From positions 1 through 64,000 of the IMG/VR virus record IMGVR_UViG_3300021964_000047: 64,000 nt of DNA; one strand, 5' to 3'. Shown here piece by piece: positions 56,333 to 63,975 of the stretch (its first letter is position 1; each line of letters opens with the position of its first letter). Below the pieces are notes generated by a model, which saw only the letters and a program-made list of their open reading frames with translations, was not told the origin of the DNA and did no database searches. Source of the stretch: a virus. The translations under genes and the position numbers were made by a program.

Positions 56333-56423
56333 AATACAAACTATAACTTGCCGGACATAATTTGTCCACCTTTTTTGATAACTTTTTTTTCATTATTTAT
56401 GTAATAAATAATGCCATTTAACC

Positions 56424-56452
56424 TTGACAAAATATACATAACATGATACAAT
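56424..56452 (+). promoter_or_regulatory. sigma70 early-type promoter
   Basis: TTGACA-N17-TACAAT. Confidence 0.8.
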
Positions 56453-56498
56453 ATAGATGTAACACATACGGTTCTATTTATTATTGGAGGAAAACATT

Positions 56499-56714
56499 AT
56501 GTTACCATTAAATGTAGGTATATTCGGAGAATATGAAAAGCGTTTTGAACAACGCAAAAAGAATATGGCGGCTTATGCTGCTTTGTGCCAATTCGTCGAG
56601 AGCATGGGAGATTATCCCGACACTGACGATCCCGCTGTACAGGCTTTAATTGATAAATTGTGGGATGAAATGATCGAGCAACTCGAAAAAGTTCGTGATG
56701 TTTCAGAGCAATGA
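56499..56714 (+). CDS. Hypothetical protein
   Basis: GGAGG SD, ATG 56499. Confidence 0.65.
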   Translation: MLPLNVGIFGEYEKRFEQRKKNMAAYAALCQFVESMGDYPDTDDPAVQALIDKLWDEMIEQLEKVRDVSEQ

Positions 56715-56995
56715 GAGCCATGATGCCTCATGAAAGATACCAAGATGTTGACATTGGTGATCTCATTATATTATCAAAAGATAAATATGCAGCCAAGCGA
56801 TACTTCGGAGAAGTGCAGATTGTAACTTGGGTTCCGCACAATTGGGCCGGAAGGACAAGGATAGTACATTTCGATCAGAACGATTGGATCGAGGTTCACT
56901 CTATCAAGCGGAACCAAAAATGGCATGTTCGTCTCGGAGAGTTCGAGGTCTTAAAGAAATATAAAAAAAACATCTTGACAAATAATATAGAATAG
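56711..56995 (+). CDS. Small KOW/SH3-like protein (DIGDLI)
   Basis: ATGA overlap; motif. Confidence 0.6.
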   Translation: MRAMMPHERYQDVDIGDLIILSKDKYAAKRYFGEVQIVTWVPHNWAGRTRIVHFDQNDWIEVHSIKRNQKWHVRLGEFEVLKKYKKNILTNNIE

Positions 56996-57003
56996 GATAC
57001 ATT
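56975..57003 (+). promoter_or_regulatory. sigma70 early-type promoter followed by 5' stem-loop
   Basis: TTGACA-N17-TACATT; TCAGC-GATGAT-GCTGA at 57011. Confidence 0.8.
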
Positions 57004-57041
57004 ATTTATATCAGCGATGATGCTGACCAATCATTGGAGAT

Positions 57042-57389
57042 ATGATGCCTAAAATGAGAACATGCCGAGAATGTGGCGACGAGTTTGATAGTAACTCACG
57101 ATGGAAACGAGAGGTCAAAGGATACATAAATGTATGTCCTTTCTGTACTGAAGAAATGGGAGGCGATCCGGCTCCCGAAATACGAGGTTTTGTAACTGGC
57201 TCCGGCAAGATGCAAGACATATCGTTTGTCCGCTTTGAAAGCAAAGCCGATGCCGACAATTATAAAAAGGCTTGGTATGCTGCATCAGGCGGTGGCAATG
57301 CTATCCGTAATGGTCACAAACTTAATAAGATTAAGTATGAACATGCCGGACATAACGGTGGGAACCCGAACCACAAAGGAAAGTCATAA
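57042..57389 (+). CDS. Zinc-finger protein
   Basis: CREC...CPFC. Confidence 0.65.
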   Translation: MMPKMRTCRECGDEFDSNSRWKREVKGYINVCPFCTEEMGGDPAPEIRGFVTGSGKMQDISFVRFESKADADNYKKAWYAASGGGNAIRNGHKLNKIKYEHAGHNGGNPNHKGKS

Positions 57390-57676
57390 TGGCGTATAAA
57401 AAGAACTGGCGATCCTCCAAATGCACTTTGGAGGAGGCCGCATCAATGCTGCGATTAGTGGCACAAGATTACACAGACCAAAGGTTTACTGTCCGCATCA
57501 TCACTGATGATGGAGGTAGACACTTGGCTGTCTATGCTGAATACGGTGAACACGGTGAAGAACCGTATCACAGCGAAATAGATCCACATTTCATGGACTG
57601 GCGAACCGTATGGTTTCAAGTTCCTCGTGGATATATCGAAGGAATAATGGAGGTAAAGGATGCCGGAGGCGACTGA
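57389..57676 (+). CDS. Hypothetical protein
   Basis: TAATG coupling to previous gene. Confidence 0.6.
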   Translation: MAYKKNWRSSKCTLEEAASMLRLVAQDYTDQRFTVRIITDDGGRHLAVYAEYGEHGEEPYHSEIDPHFMDWRTVWFQVPRGYIEGIMEVKDAGGD

Positions 57677-57833
57677 ACTTGTCGGTAGGCTCGTTAGAAT
57701 TGCCGGTAAAATCGGCATTATTGCGGGCTGCAATTATTCAGAGGCCGACGATGTGTGGTCTGTCAATGTCCGCTTGACTGACGGAGAGGAATTTATATCG
57801 TTCCCAACAATAATATATCGTTTTTTAATATAA
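57660..57833 (+). CDS. 57-aa KOW/SH3-like protein (MPEATELVGRLVRI...), absent from ORF track
   Basis: GGAGG SD; manual translation. Confidence 0.55.
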   Translation: MPEATELVGRLVRIAGKIGIIAGCNYSEADDVWSVNVRLTDGEEFISFPTIIYRFLI

Positions 57834-57849
57834 AAAATGATTTTTTTTC

Positions 57850-57878
57850 TTGACAAAAGAAACAAAACAAGATACACT
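57850..57878 (+). promoter_or_regulatory. sigma70 early-type promoter
   Basis: TTGACA-N17-TACACT. Confidence 0.78.
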
Positions 57879-57898
57879 ATATTTGTCACAAGGAGGTA

Positions 57899-58426
57899 AT
57901 GATGACAAAACGAACTCTTAATGAGCATTTAACACAACTTGATCAAAACTCACAAGCCACTCAAGAGCAGATTGACCACTTGGCAACACGCTTCAAAGGC
58001 ATCTTTAACAAACTCGGATACAAAAAGTCTGCCAAAGATATAGATACATTGCGAGAATATGTAGATATGATCTTTGAATGTCAAGATTATCGCTGCACTC
58101 ATTGGCTACAAGTAGCAGAAGGCGAATTGAATGGTGTTTGGAACCGCCCATCCAAAGGATATATGGGTTGGAGAACCACCCAAGTATGGTACGAAATAGA
58201 CCATGTTCATCCACGAAATGCCGGAGGAACCGACAGTTTGACCAACTTTCAGTTTCTATCGGCCAATGCCAACCAATTTGTCAAGTGCTCTCTGACATAT
58301 GAGGATCTTTTAAAGCGTGTAGATTTATCTGATGCTCTCAAAGACAGAATAAGAAATGTCCTTGAACGCAGAAAGAAACTATTCCAATCAGAAAGATGGA
58401 CAAATTTTGTCAATAATCTTTCTTGA
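57899..58426 (+). CDS. HNH endonuclease-like protein
   Basis: EIDHVHPRNAGGTDSLTNFQFL...N..K. Confidence 0.75.
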   Translation: MMTKRTLNEHLTQLDQNSQATQEQIDHLATRFKGIFNKLGYKKSAKDIDTLREYVDMIFECQDYRCTHWLQVAEGELNGVWNRPSKGYMGWRTTQVWYEIDHVHPRNAGGTDSLTNFQFLSANANQFVKCSLTYEDLLKRVDLSDALKDRIRNVLERRKKLFQSERWTNFVNNLS

Positions 58427-58450
58427 CAAATCTTTTCAATCGGTTATATT
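58423..58450 (+). promoter_or_regulatory. sigma70 promoter
   Basis: TTGACA-N16-TATATT. Confidence 0.7.
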
Positions 58451-58477
58451 ATTATCACACAAAGCATTGGAGGAATA

Positions 58478-58741
58478 ATGCGAACAACATACAGACAAAT
58501 CTTATCTGCCGCTCATGGCGTTCTTGACAAAATTTCAAGCCACTACCGTACTGGTAGGTGGGTGGGTACTTTCGATGATTTTGTCACTTATGACAACTCA
58601 CAGACGCTCACGGTCAAGATGGTAAAAGAACTGCTTTCCTGTATTGAACAAGGAGAGGTGGATCTTCCTATCTCTTTGGTCGGAGGAGACACTATTTATG
58701 TTGACACCGATGTATACGGTTGGTTGGGAGATAAACTATGA
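58478..58741 (+). CDS. Hypothetical protein
   Basis: GGAGG SD. Confidence 0.65.
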   Translation: MRTTYRQILSAAHGVLDKISSHYRTGRWVGTFDDFVTYDNSQTLTVKMVKELLSCIEQGEVDLPISLVGGDTIYVDTDVYGWLGDKL

Positions 58742-58872
58742 GAATAAAAACTAGAAATTGGCACGCTGTGAACGCTCACCAACGCAAAGGTGGTGCTCAT
58801 ACACATAAGCGTAAGCACCAGTCTAAAAACGCTTGTCGCAAGTCTAAATCACAGAAATGGTCTGATGATTAG
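58738..58872 (+). CDS. 44-aa basic His/Lys/Arg-rich peptide, absent from ORF track
   Basis: ATGA overlap with previous stop, GGAG SD, stop overlaps next start. Confidence 0.6.
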   Translation: MRIKTRNWHAVNAHQRKGGAHTHKRKHQSKNACRKSKSQKWSDD

Positions 58873-59113
58873 TCTTGACGATATAACATACGATAACATA
58901 TACATAGGTGCGGAGGTTCGTGATTTAACGACCATCCCTCCTATTCTTGGTTTTATTGTAGATATAGAAGAATACGGCTGGGCCAATGATTTCAAGGGCA
59001 ACTGTGTTGCTTTTTCTTATTTCATTACGGTAAAAAACTGTGATGGGAACTATTACGAATTCGATATGGCTGAGGCCACCACCCTTAAACTTGTCGTGAG
59101 GACAAAAAAATGA
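58865..59113 (+). CDS. Hypothetical protein
   Basis: ATG at 58865 overlapping previous stop. Confidence 0.55.
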   Translation: MISLDDITYDNIYIGAEVRDLTTIPPILGFIVDIEEYGWANDFKGNCVAFSYFITVKNCDGNYYEFDMAEATTLKLVVRTKK

Positions 59114-59265
59114 TTGTTATGCCCCCCGAATACTACGAAATGGTCTATCGTGCTATAATTTTAAGCATCGCCTTTGGTCTTGGTGTAATGTACTTGATGA
59201 TATATTTCGACTTTGAAACTTGGTTTTCAAAAAAGTTTAAAAAAAAGTTTGACAAATCAGAATAA
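59110..59265 (+). CDS. 51-aa single-TM protein, absent from ORF track
   Basis: ATGA overlap, GAGG SD; hydrophobic helix followed by Lys-rich tail. Confidence 0.55.
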   Translation: MIVMPPEYYEMVYRAIILSIAFGLGVMYLMIYFDFETWFSKKFKKKFDKSE

Positions 59266-59277
59266 ACAAGATACATT
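59249..59277 (+). promoter_or_regulatory. sigma70 early-type promoter
   Basis: TTGACA-N17-TACATT. Confidence 0.8.
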
Positions 59278-59320
59278 ACTAACATCAGCAATTCCGCTGT
59301 TCTAAACTATGGAGGCCACG

Positions 59321-60238
59321 ATGGCCAAACGACAATGCGATTACTGCAAAGGTGATCATACTGAAACAAAATGCCCTCACCTTGAGGGTTGGATGACGCA
59401 TTTCATCAACATTATCAACCTGAACCGTACCAATCAGTATCCTAGTCTTTCTTTTGATTTGGCGACTGCTTTCGATCTATATCCGCTCGGCACATTGTGG
59501 GATAGATTTAACTCGTCTGCGACACAATCCGATTATCTCGGCAAAACACATTGGTTATGGTGGAGCATGGTGAGATCTTACAAAAAGCGGCTAAACTATA
59601 AGAAAGCCGGAGAGAAACGCAGAGGCCAAAAGCGAACTAGATCCGTTCGTTGCGGTTACTGCGGCTCCACAGGCCACACTCGTCGTACTTGTTCCGATTA
59701 CAAGAGCCATGTTGTAACTTTGAAATCTGATACTACCCTCCGTAGGGCTATGTTCGTTGATGCTTGTCGTGAGATAGGTCTAGGCAAGGGCACTTTGTTG
59801 AAATTCACTCTCGGCAAAGAAGGGCGAGAGTACAGAGATAACGGTTGGCTCAAGGATACCGAAGATGAATTTTTGGCTATGGTTATGGAAATACCGGTAG
59901 CAAACATCAATGCTTTCACGAATTCTAACCGTTGGTCGGACTTTTACGAGAGTGCTCATATTATTTGCAAGCCTCTTGCATCAACCAATAACAGAGGTAC
60001 GGTCAGTTTATTTGCCAACAACTCTGTCTTTAACGGTGCTTTCGCTAAAATCACAGAGCAAAACCACACCCCACATTACAATAGTCTGTGGGAGGTTGAG
60101 ATCGTGTCAGCCTCGAAGGATCAATCTTGGAATGAGGCCAATGCCGATGAATACTTGGACATCCTTAAGAAAAGAGAGAAGTCTATCGTTCGTTCCTATG
60201 TGGAGGCTGCAAGTCAATGGCTAGAACAAAACCGCTAG
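59321..60238 (+). CDS. Protein with two CCHC zinc knuckles
   Basis: CDYCKGDHTETKC and CGYCGSTGHTRRTC. Confidence 0.7.
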   Translation: MAKRQCDYCKGDHTETKCPHLEGWMTHFINIINLNRTNQYPSLSFDLATAFDLYPLGTLWDRFNSSATQSDYLGKTHWLWWSMVRSYKKRLNYKKAGEKRRGQKRTRSVRCGYCGSTGHTRRTCSDYKSHVVTLKSDTTLRRAMFVDACREIGLGKGTLLKFTLGKEGREYRDNGWLKDTEDEFLAMVMEIPVANINAFTNSNRWSDFYESAHIICKPLASTNNRGTVSLFANNSVFNGAFAKITEQNHTPHYNSLWEVEIVSASKDQSWNEANADEYLDILKKREKSIVRSYVEAASQWLEQNR

Positions 60239-60513
60239 TAATAGGCGACCTTGTGTCGTTCCAATCCACCGTTCTATCAGAACAAAATGTTTATCAAAAG
60301 AACTATTCCGATGAACGCAAGATCGGTATGGTTGTGGACACAATGGGTAAAGATATGGTCAAGGTTCAATGGGTCAGCAAGGCTGTCGAGCCTTGTTGGT
60401 ATCAGCGAAAAGCCTTGAGGAAACTGGATACTCAAAAAAGTTTAAATTTTTGCTTGACATATTTCATAAAACAGGATACATTATTTACATCAACAGCAAT
60501 GGAGGCCATATGA
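60217..60513 (+). CDS. xGDLV KOW/SH3-like mini-protein
   Basis: VIGDLV...IGMV...VKVQW. Confidence 0.65.
   Translation: MARTKPLVIGDLVSFQSTVLSEQNVYQKNYSDERKIGMVVDTMGKDMVKVQWVSKAVEPCWYQRKALRKLDTQKSLNFCLTYFIKQDTLFTSTAMEAI
60454..60482 (+). promoter_or_regulatory. sigma70 early-type promoter
   Basis: TTGACA-N17-TACATT. Confidence 0.78.
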
Positions 60514-60686
60514 AACAAGGCGATCTAGTAAAACTCAAGGGCAATGATACCCTATACATTATAAACCATTTAACAAAACTCGGCCAAACCGATGTTGCAG
60601 CAATCACGCCAGTCGAAACAATGGACTGGTCGATGACTTGTGTATACCCCTTATCAAGACTGGAGAAATGTAATGAAAACGGGTGA
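60510..60686 (+). CDS. xGDLV mini-protein (MKQGDLV)
   Basis: GGAGG SD; motif. Confidence 0.7.
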   Translation: MKQGDLVKLKGNDTLYIINHLTKLGQTDVAAITPVETMDWSMTCVYPLSRLEKCNENG

Positions 60687-60852
60687 TTTAGTGCGATGTA
60701 TTTACAAATACGGAGGGCATGATAACTGCCGTCTGTATGGAAAGATAGGACTTGTCGTTGCCTCCTACACTATGGGGCCGTATGTCGATGTTTTGATAAA
60801 CAACGAGATACATATGATGCCTTGTCGGAGACTGGAAAAGATATGCAAGTAG
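60673..60852 (+). CDS. xGDLV mini-protein (MKTGDLV)
   Basis: GGAG SD inside previous gene; motif. Confidence 0.7.
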   Translation: MKTGDLVRCIYKYGGHDNCRLYGKIGLVVASYTMGPYVDVLINNEIHMMPCRRLEKICK

Positions 60853-61064
60853 GCGATTTAGTAAGACACAACGGCTCCGGCCCTGTCGGATGGAAGATGC
60901 AAGGTGCTATTGGTCTCATAACCAAACACGAAGCGTGGACTAACGGTGGGGAGCATATCACTGCGGAATGGCGTATTTTGTGGGTTTCCAAGTGGGTGAC
61001 CGACTGGTACAAAGAGGTTCTATGGTACGACACAGAATTGGAGGTGATAAGTGAAAGTCGGTGA
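60843..61064 (+). CDS. xGDLV mini-protein (MQVGDLV)
   Basis: Motif; overlap coupling. Confidence 0.7.
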   Translation: MQVGDLVRHNGSGPVGWKMQGAIGLITKHEAWTNGGEHITAEWRILWVSKWVTDWYKEVLWYDTELEVISESR

Positions 61065-61275
61065 CTTGGTAAGAACAAAGCAGCAATCTTGGATGCACGA
61101 TGACTACGACGATAGCGACTTTGGCTTTGTTGTAAACATAGGTCTAATCTACAAGATTGACGAGACAGGTGTTTGGGTTCGCCACAATGGCGGCCTCCCC
61201 TGTAACGAAGGCATACGATTATTCTATCATTTCGAGATAGACAGAGATTTGGAGGTGGTTTATGCGACGACCTAA
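61051..61275 (+). CDS. xGDLV mini-protein (MKVGDLV)
   Basis: GGAGGTG SD; GTG start. Confidence 0.7.
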   Translation: MKVGDLVRTKQQSWMHDDYDDSDFGFVVNIGLIYKIDETGVWVRHNGGLPCNEGIRLFYHFEIDRDLEVVYATT

Positions 61276-61432
61276 GATAGGTGACTTGGTGACTTGTAAA
61301 CTTTGGCTTGAGCCAGAAATGGCTGTGGTGGTCTCGTTCCTAACGGATCATTTGGCCACAATTATGATGACCGATGGTAGTGCTCGCAATCAGTTTTTAT
61401 GGGAATTGGTGGTGCTCAATGAAGGTCGGTGA
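61262..61432 (+). CDS. xGDLV mini-protein (MRRPKIGDLV, 56 aa), absent from ORF track
   Basis: GGAGGT SD; manual translation. Confidence 0.65.
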   Translation: MRRPKIGDLVTCKLWLEPEMAVVVSFLTDHLATIMMTDGSARNQFLWELVVLNEGR

Positions 61433-61574
61433 TTTGGTAAGACATACAGAACTCGGTTGGCTCGGTATCGTAACGGCCAAGACACTCGTTCACAACGGAC
61501 ATGTTTGGTATCGTATCTATGCCAATGGTATTTCTATCGAGTATACATCGAGCAAATGGGAGGTCGTCAAATGA
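61419..61574 (+). CDS. xGDLV mini-protein (MKVGDLV)
   Basis: Motif; overlap coupling. Confidence 0.7.
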   Translation: MKVGDLVRHTELGWLGIVTAKTLVHNGHVWYRIYANGISIEYTSSKWEVVK

Positions 61575-61825
61575 AAACAATAATACATGTAAATCAGCAC
61601 ATTATCAAAAAGAATAGGAAGGAACAGGATAATCAGCCCGTCCTTACCTGTAAGACATACAAGTCCAATAATTACGGCCATGAGGCGATTATTCGGGACA
61701 AAGAGGGCAATGAGGTAGCAAGGGTCATCTATCGTCCGGACAAACCACTATCCTGTGGGGCACATGTTTGGATAGAAACTACCCTACCGGTCGAGGTCAT
61801 AAATAAAAATAAAAAAAATACTTGA
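61571..61825 (+). CDS. Hypothetical phage protein (MKTIIHVNQH...YRPDKPLSCGAHVWIET)
   Basis: GGAGG SD; ATGA overlap. Confidence 0.7.
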   Translation: MKTIIHVNQHIIKKNRKEQDNQPVLTCKTYKSNNYGHEAIIRDKEGNEVARVIYRPDKPLSCGAHVWIETTLPVEVINKNKKNT

Positions 61826-61862
61826 CAAACTGCTACCCCCGTGATACATTACTAACATCAAC
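61788..61862 (+). repeat. About 75-bp direct repeat copy 1 (gene 3' end plus promoter)
   Basis: Near-identical to 62369-62443; contains TTGACA(61822)-N17-TACATT. Confidence 0.9.
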
Positions 61863-61882
61863 AACGAACACAGGAGGCCACA

Positions 61883-62233
61883 ATGGCCCTTAAGGTATAT
61901 GTAACTTATATGCAAGACTGGTCTAATGGCGAGGCAGAGCCACTCTCAACCCATGTAACAGAGCAAGGTGCAAAAAAGCGACTAATTGACTATCTCACCT
62001 CTCACATGAGAGAATTGATACGATGGTCTGATCTTTCTGATCTCGACGATTGGCTTGCCGAAACTCTTGATAGTTTCGGTGCATCGTGGAATGGATATGA
62101 TCATACAGTCACAGACCTAGCGGAGGCCGATATAGATAAACTTTGGAATACTTTGTATGAATACAATGATGAAATTGCCGATACTTACGGCTCGGCTTGG
62201 TACAATTATTCAACACACGAACTGGAGGGATGA
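61883..62233 (+). CDS. Acidic hypothetical protein
   Basis: AGGAGG SD; 116 aa. Confidence 0.7.
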   Translation: MALKVYVTYMQDWSNGEAEPLSTHVTEQGAKKRLIDYLTSHMRELIRWSDLSDLDDWLAETLDSFGASWNGYDHTVTDLAEADIDKLWNTLYEYNDEIADTYGSAWYNYSTHELEG

Positions 62234-62406
62234 TGAAGGTCGGTGATTTGGTGCGAGTGACCTTCTCCGATGGAGAGGTGGTCATTGGCGAATTCTATAA
62301 AAATGAGCGAGGGTTCATCGTAATACTCTCGCACGGCATAGAGGTTCCTTTCAGAGAAGGCACAGCAACGGTCGAGGTCATAAATAAAAATGAAAAAAAT
62401 ACTTGA
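62230..62406 (+). CDS. xGDLV mini-protein (MMKVGDLV)
   Basis: GGAGG SD; motif. Confidence 0.7.
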   Translation: MMKVGDLVRVTFSDGEVVIGEFYKNERGFIVILSHGIEVPFREGTATVEVINKNEKNT

Positions 62407-62443
62407 CAAATTACTACTACCGTGATACATTACTAACATCAAC
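62369..62443 (+). repeat. About 75-bp direct repeat copy 2 (gene 3' end plus promoter)
   Basis: Contains TTGACA(62403)-N17-TACATT. Confidence 0.9.
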
Positions 62444-62461
62444 GAACAATACGAGGTTCAA

Positions 62462-62644
62462 ATGCAAATAGGCGATTTAGTAAAACACAAACTTAACGAA
62501 GATCTCAACGGAAAGATTGGATTGGTAACCGCTATTCACAAAGGTATGACCTACGGTCGGCAACCATATCACATTGTCAATGTTCTATTCGGCAAGCACA
62601 CATACCAAGTTAGAGCCGAACTCTTGGAGGTATTATGCAAATAA
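62462..62644 (+). CDS. xGDLV mini-protein (MQIGDLV)
   Basis: GAGG SD; motif. Confidence 0.7.
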   Translation: MQIGDLVKHKLNEDLNGKIGLVTAIHKGMTYGRQPYHIVNVLFGKHTYQVRAELLEVLCK

Positions 62645-62796
62645 AAGTCGGAGATCTTGTGAGACACAGGTATTTCACCAAGTATGGCGTTGGCCTAGTG
62701 TTAGATGTCGGCACAATCTATGCTGGCATAAAATGGATTAAAGCCGAACACGGCTATAGATCCCAAAGGGTCGAGAACCTAGCGAGGGTCAAATGA
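62635..62796 (+). CDS. xGDLV mini-protein (MQIKVGDLV, 53 aa), absent from ORF track
   Basis: GGAGG SD; manual translation. Confidence 0.65.
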   Translation: MQIKVGDLVRHRYFTKYGVGLVLDVGTIYAGIKWIKAEHGYRSQRVENLARVK

Positions 62797-63014
62797 ATAA
62801 TGATACTTGGGAGAGAGATCCCGGCCTAGACTTGATTGTAGGCGACTTGGTTGCCATTCGCAAGCACCACACTTATGGTGGAACCATCGGTGTTATCACA
62901 AAGGTTGTCGTTCCTCGCAAGCAGTTTTGGGTACACTGGCTATCTAACGAGCGGTTATCGACATTATGCACTTATCGGCTCATCGAGCCAGTCAAGGAGG
63001 ACAAATGCAAATAG
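62793..63014 (+). CDS. xGDLV mini-protein (...IVGDLV)
   Basis: ATGA overlap; motif. Confidence 0.65.
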   Translation: MNNDTWERDPGLDLIVGDLVAIRKHHTYGGTIGVITKVVVPRKQFWVHWLSNERLSTLCTYRLIEPVKEDKCK

Positions 63015-63175
63015 GCGATTTAGTACGATGTGGACACCACAAAGGCATTATTATTCGGGAAGGCATGGAGGAATTCACAGGGAGAGGCCCCGTATGGTTT
63101 CACATCCTGTGGTTCGACGGTCAACATGGATGGAAACATAAAATGCTATTGGAGAAGGTCGATGAAAACGGGTGA
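63005..63175 (+). CDS. xGDLV mini-protein (MQIGDLV)
   Basis: AGGAGG SD; motif. Confidence 0.7.
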   Translation: MQIGDLVRCGHHKGIIIREGMEEFTGRGPVWFHILWFDGQHGWKHKMLLEKVDENG

Positions 63176-63344
63176 TTTAGTTAGACGAAGGAACAATGGG
63201 GATCTTGCGATTGTTATTGAGACCGAGTGGATTGAAGGAGCATATGGGCGAAATTGGCCCGAAAAGGTCAATGTGCTTACAATGCGGGGATACAAGCAAT
63301 ACTGGTTCCCTGTTGAGTGTGAGGTGATAAGTGAAAGTCGGTGA
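63162..63344 (+). CDS. xGDLV mini-protein (MKTGDLV)
   Basis: GGAG SD; motif. Confidence 0.7.
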   Translation: MKTGDLVRRRNNGDLAIVIETEWIEGAYGRNWPEKVNVLTMRGYKQYWFPVECEVISESR

Positions 63345-63516
63345 TCTTGTCATGGCATCGTGGTACGAATGTGATGATGTAAAGTATGGTGTCATAACCG
63401 ACATTCGTGCCGATGGGTACTTGGCTCGTATTCACTGGATGGATGGAACAATCGGCCTCCTCGATGATAGTTGGTTCAAAGTAATCAGCAATGATCGAGA
63501 CAATAAAAAAACTTAA
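63331..63516 (+). CDS. xGDLV mini-protein (MKVGDLV)
   Basis: GAGGTG SD; GTG start. Confidence 0.7.
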   Translation: MKVGDLVMASWYECDDVKYGVITDIRADGYLARIHWMDGTIGLLDDSWFKVISNDRDNKKT

Positions 63517-63525
63517 ACTTTTTTC

Positions 63526-63554
63526 TTGACAAATGAAACCTAACAGGATACATT
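63526..63554 (+). promoter_or_regulatory. sigma70 early-type promoter followed by 5' stem-loop
   Basis: TTGACA-N17-TACATT; TATCAG-ACGAA-CTGATA at 63560-63576. Confidence 0.8.
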
Positions 63555-63609
63555 ACTTATATCAGACGAACTGATACTACCCCCCTACCGCCAACCAAAG
63601 GAGATTGAC

Positions 63610-63975
63610 ATGGCGTTTTTAAAACCAAACTTACTGATTTTTATTCAAAACAATGGCAAGCCTATCACGGCTATCGTACAGAAGGTCGCTTTCCGCAGAT
63701 ACTGGGGAAAGGGAAAGAACGACGATGGAAAGAAGGTTCGCAAGCAACGCTCGATGCCTTATGCTATATGTAGCGTCATTATGTCACAAGACGAGCAAGT
63801 AAAGATGGGAGCACAATTCACAATTGCTGGCTATATGCTCCAAAATGTCGAGGTCAAGGGCAAAACCTCCCTCGCTTTCCGCAGCAAGTATGTAGCCGAG
63901 TTTGCCGATAAAATGGGGAACGAATGGGTTCAGAGGATGATCAACGAGGAATTTAATCATGATACCGAGCAGTGA
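63610..63975 (+). CDS. Basic hypothetical protein
   Basis: AAGGAG SD; 121 aa. Confidence 0.7.
   Translation: MAFLKPNLLIFIQNNGKPITAIVQKVAFRRYWGKGKNDDGKKVRKQRSMPYAICSVIMSQDEQVKMGAQFTIAGYMLQNVEVKGKTSLAFRSKYVAEFADKMGNEWVQRMINEEFNHDTEQ

Noticed and set aside
57899-58426. HNH gene as a mobile intron-associated homing element
   Set aside because: It is free-standing with its own promoter among early genes and interrupts no conserved gene; mobility cannot be supported from this window
60217-63516. Diversity-generating retroelement or integron explaining the mini-gene array
   Set aside because: No reverse transcriptase, no template/variable repeat pair with adenine-specific changes, and no tyrosine integrase or attC-like palindromes seen in the window
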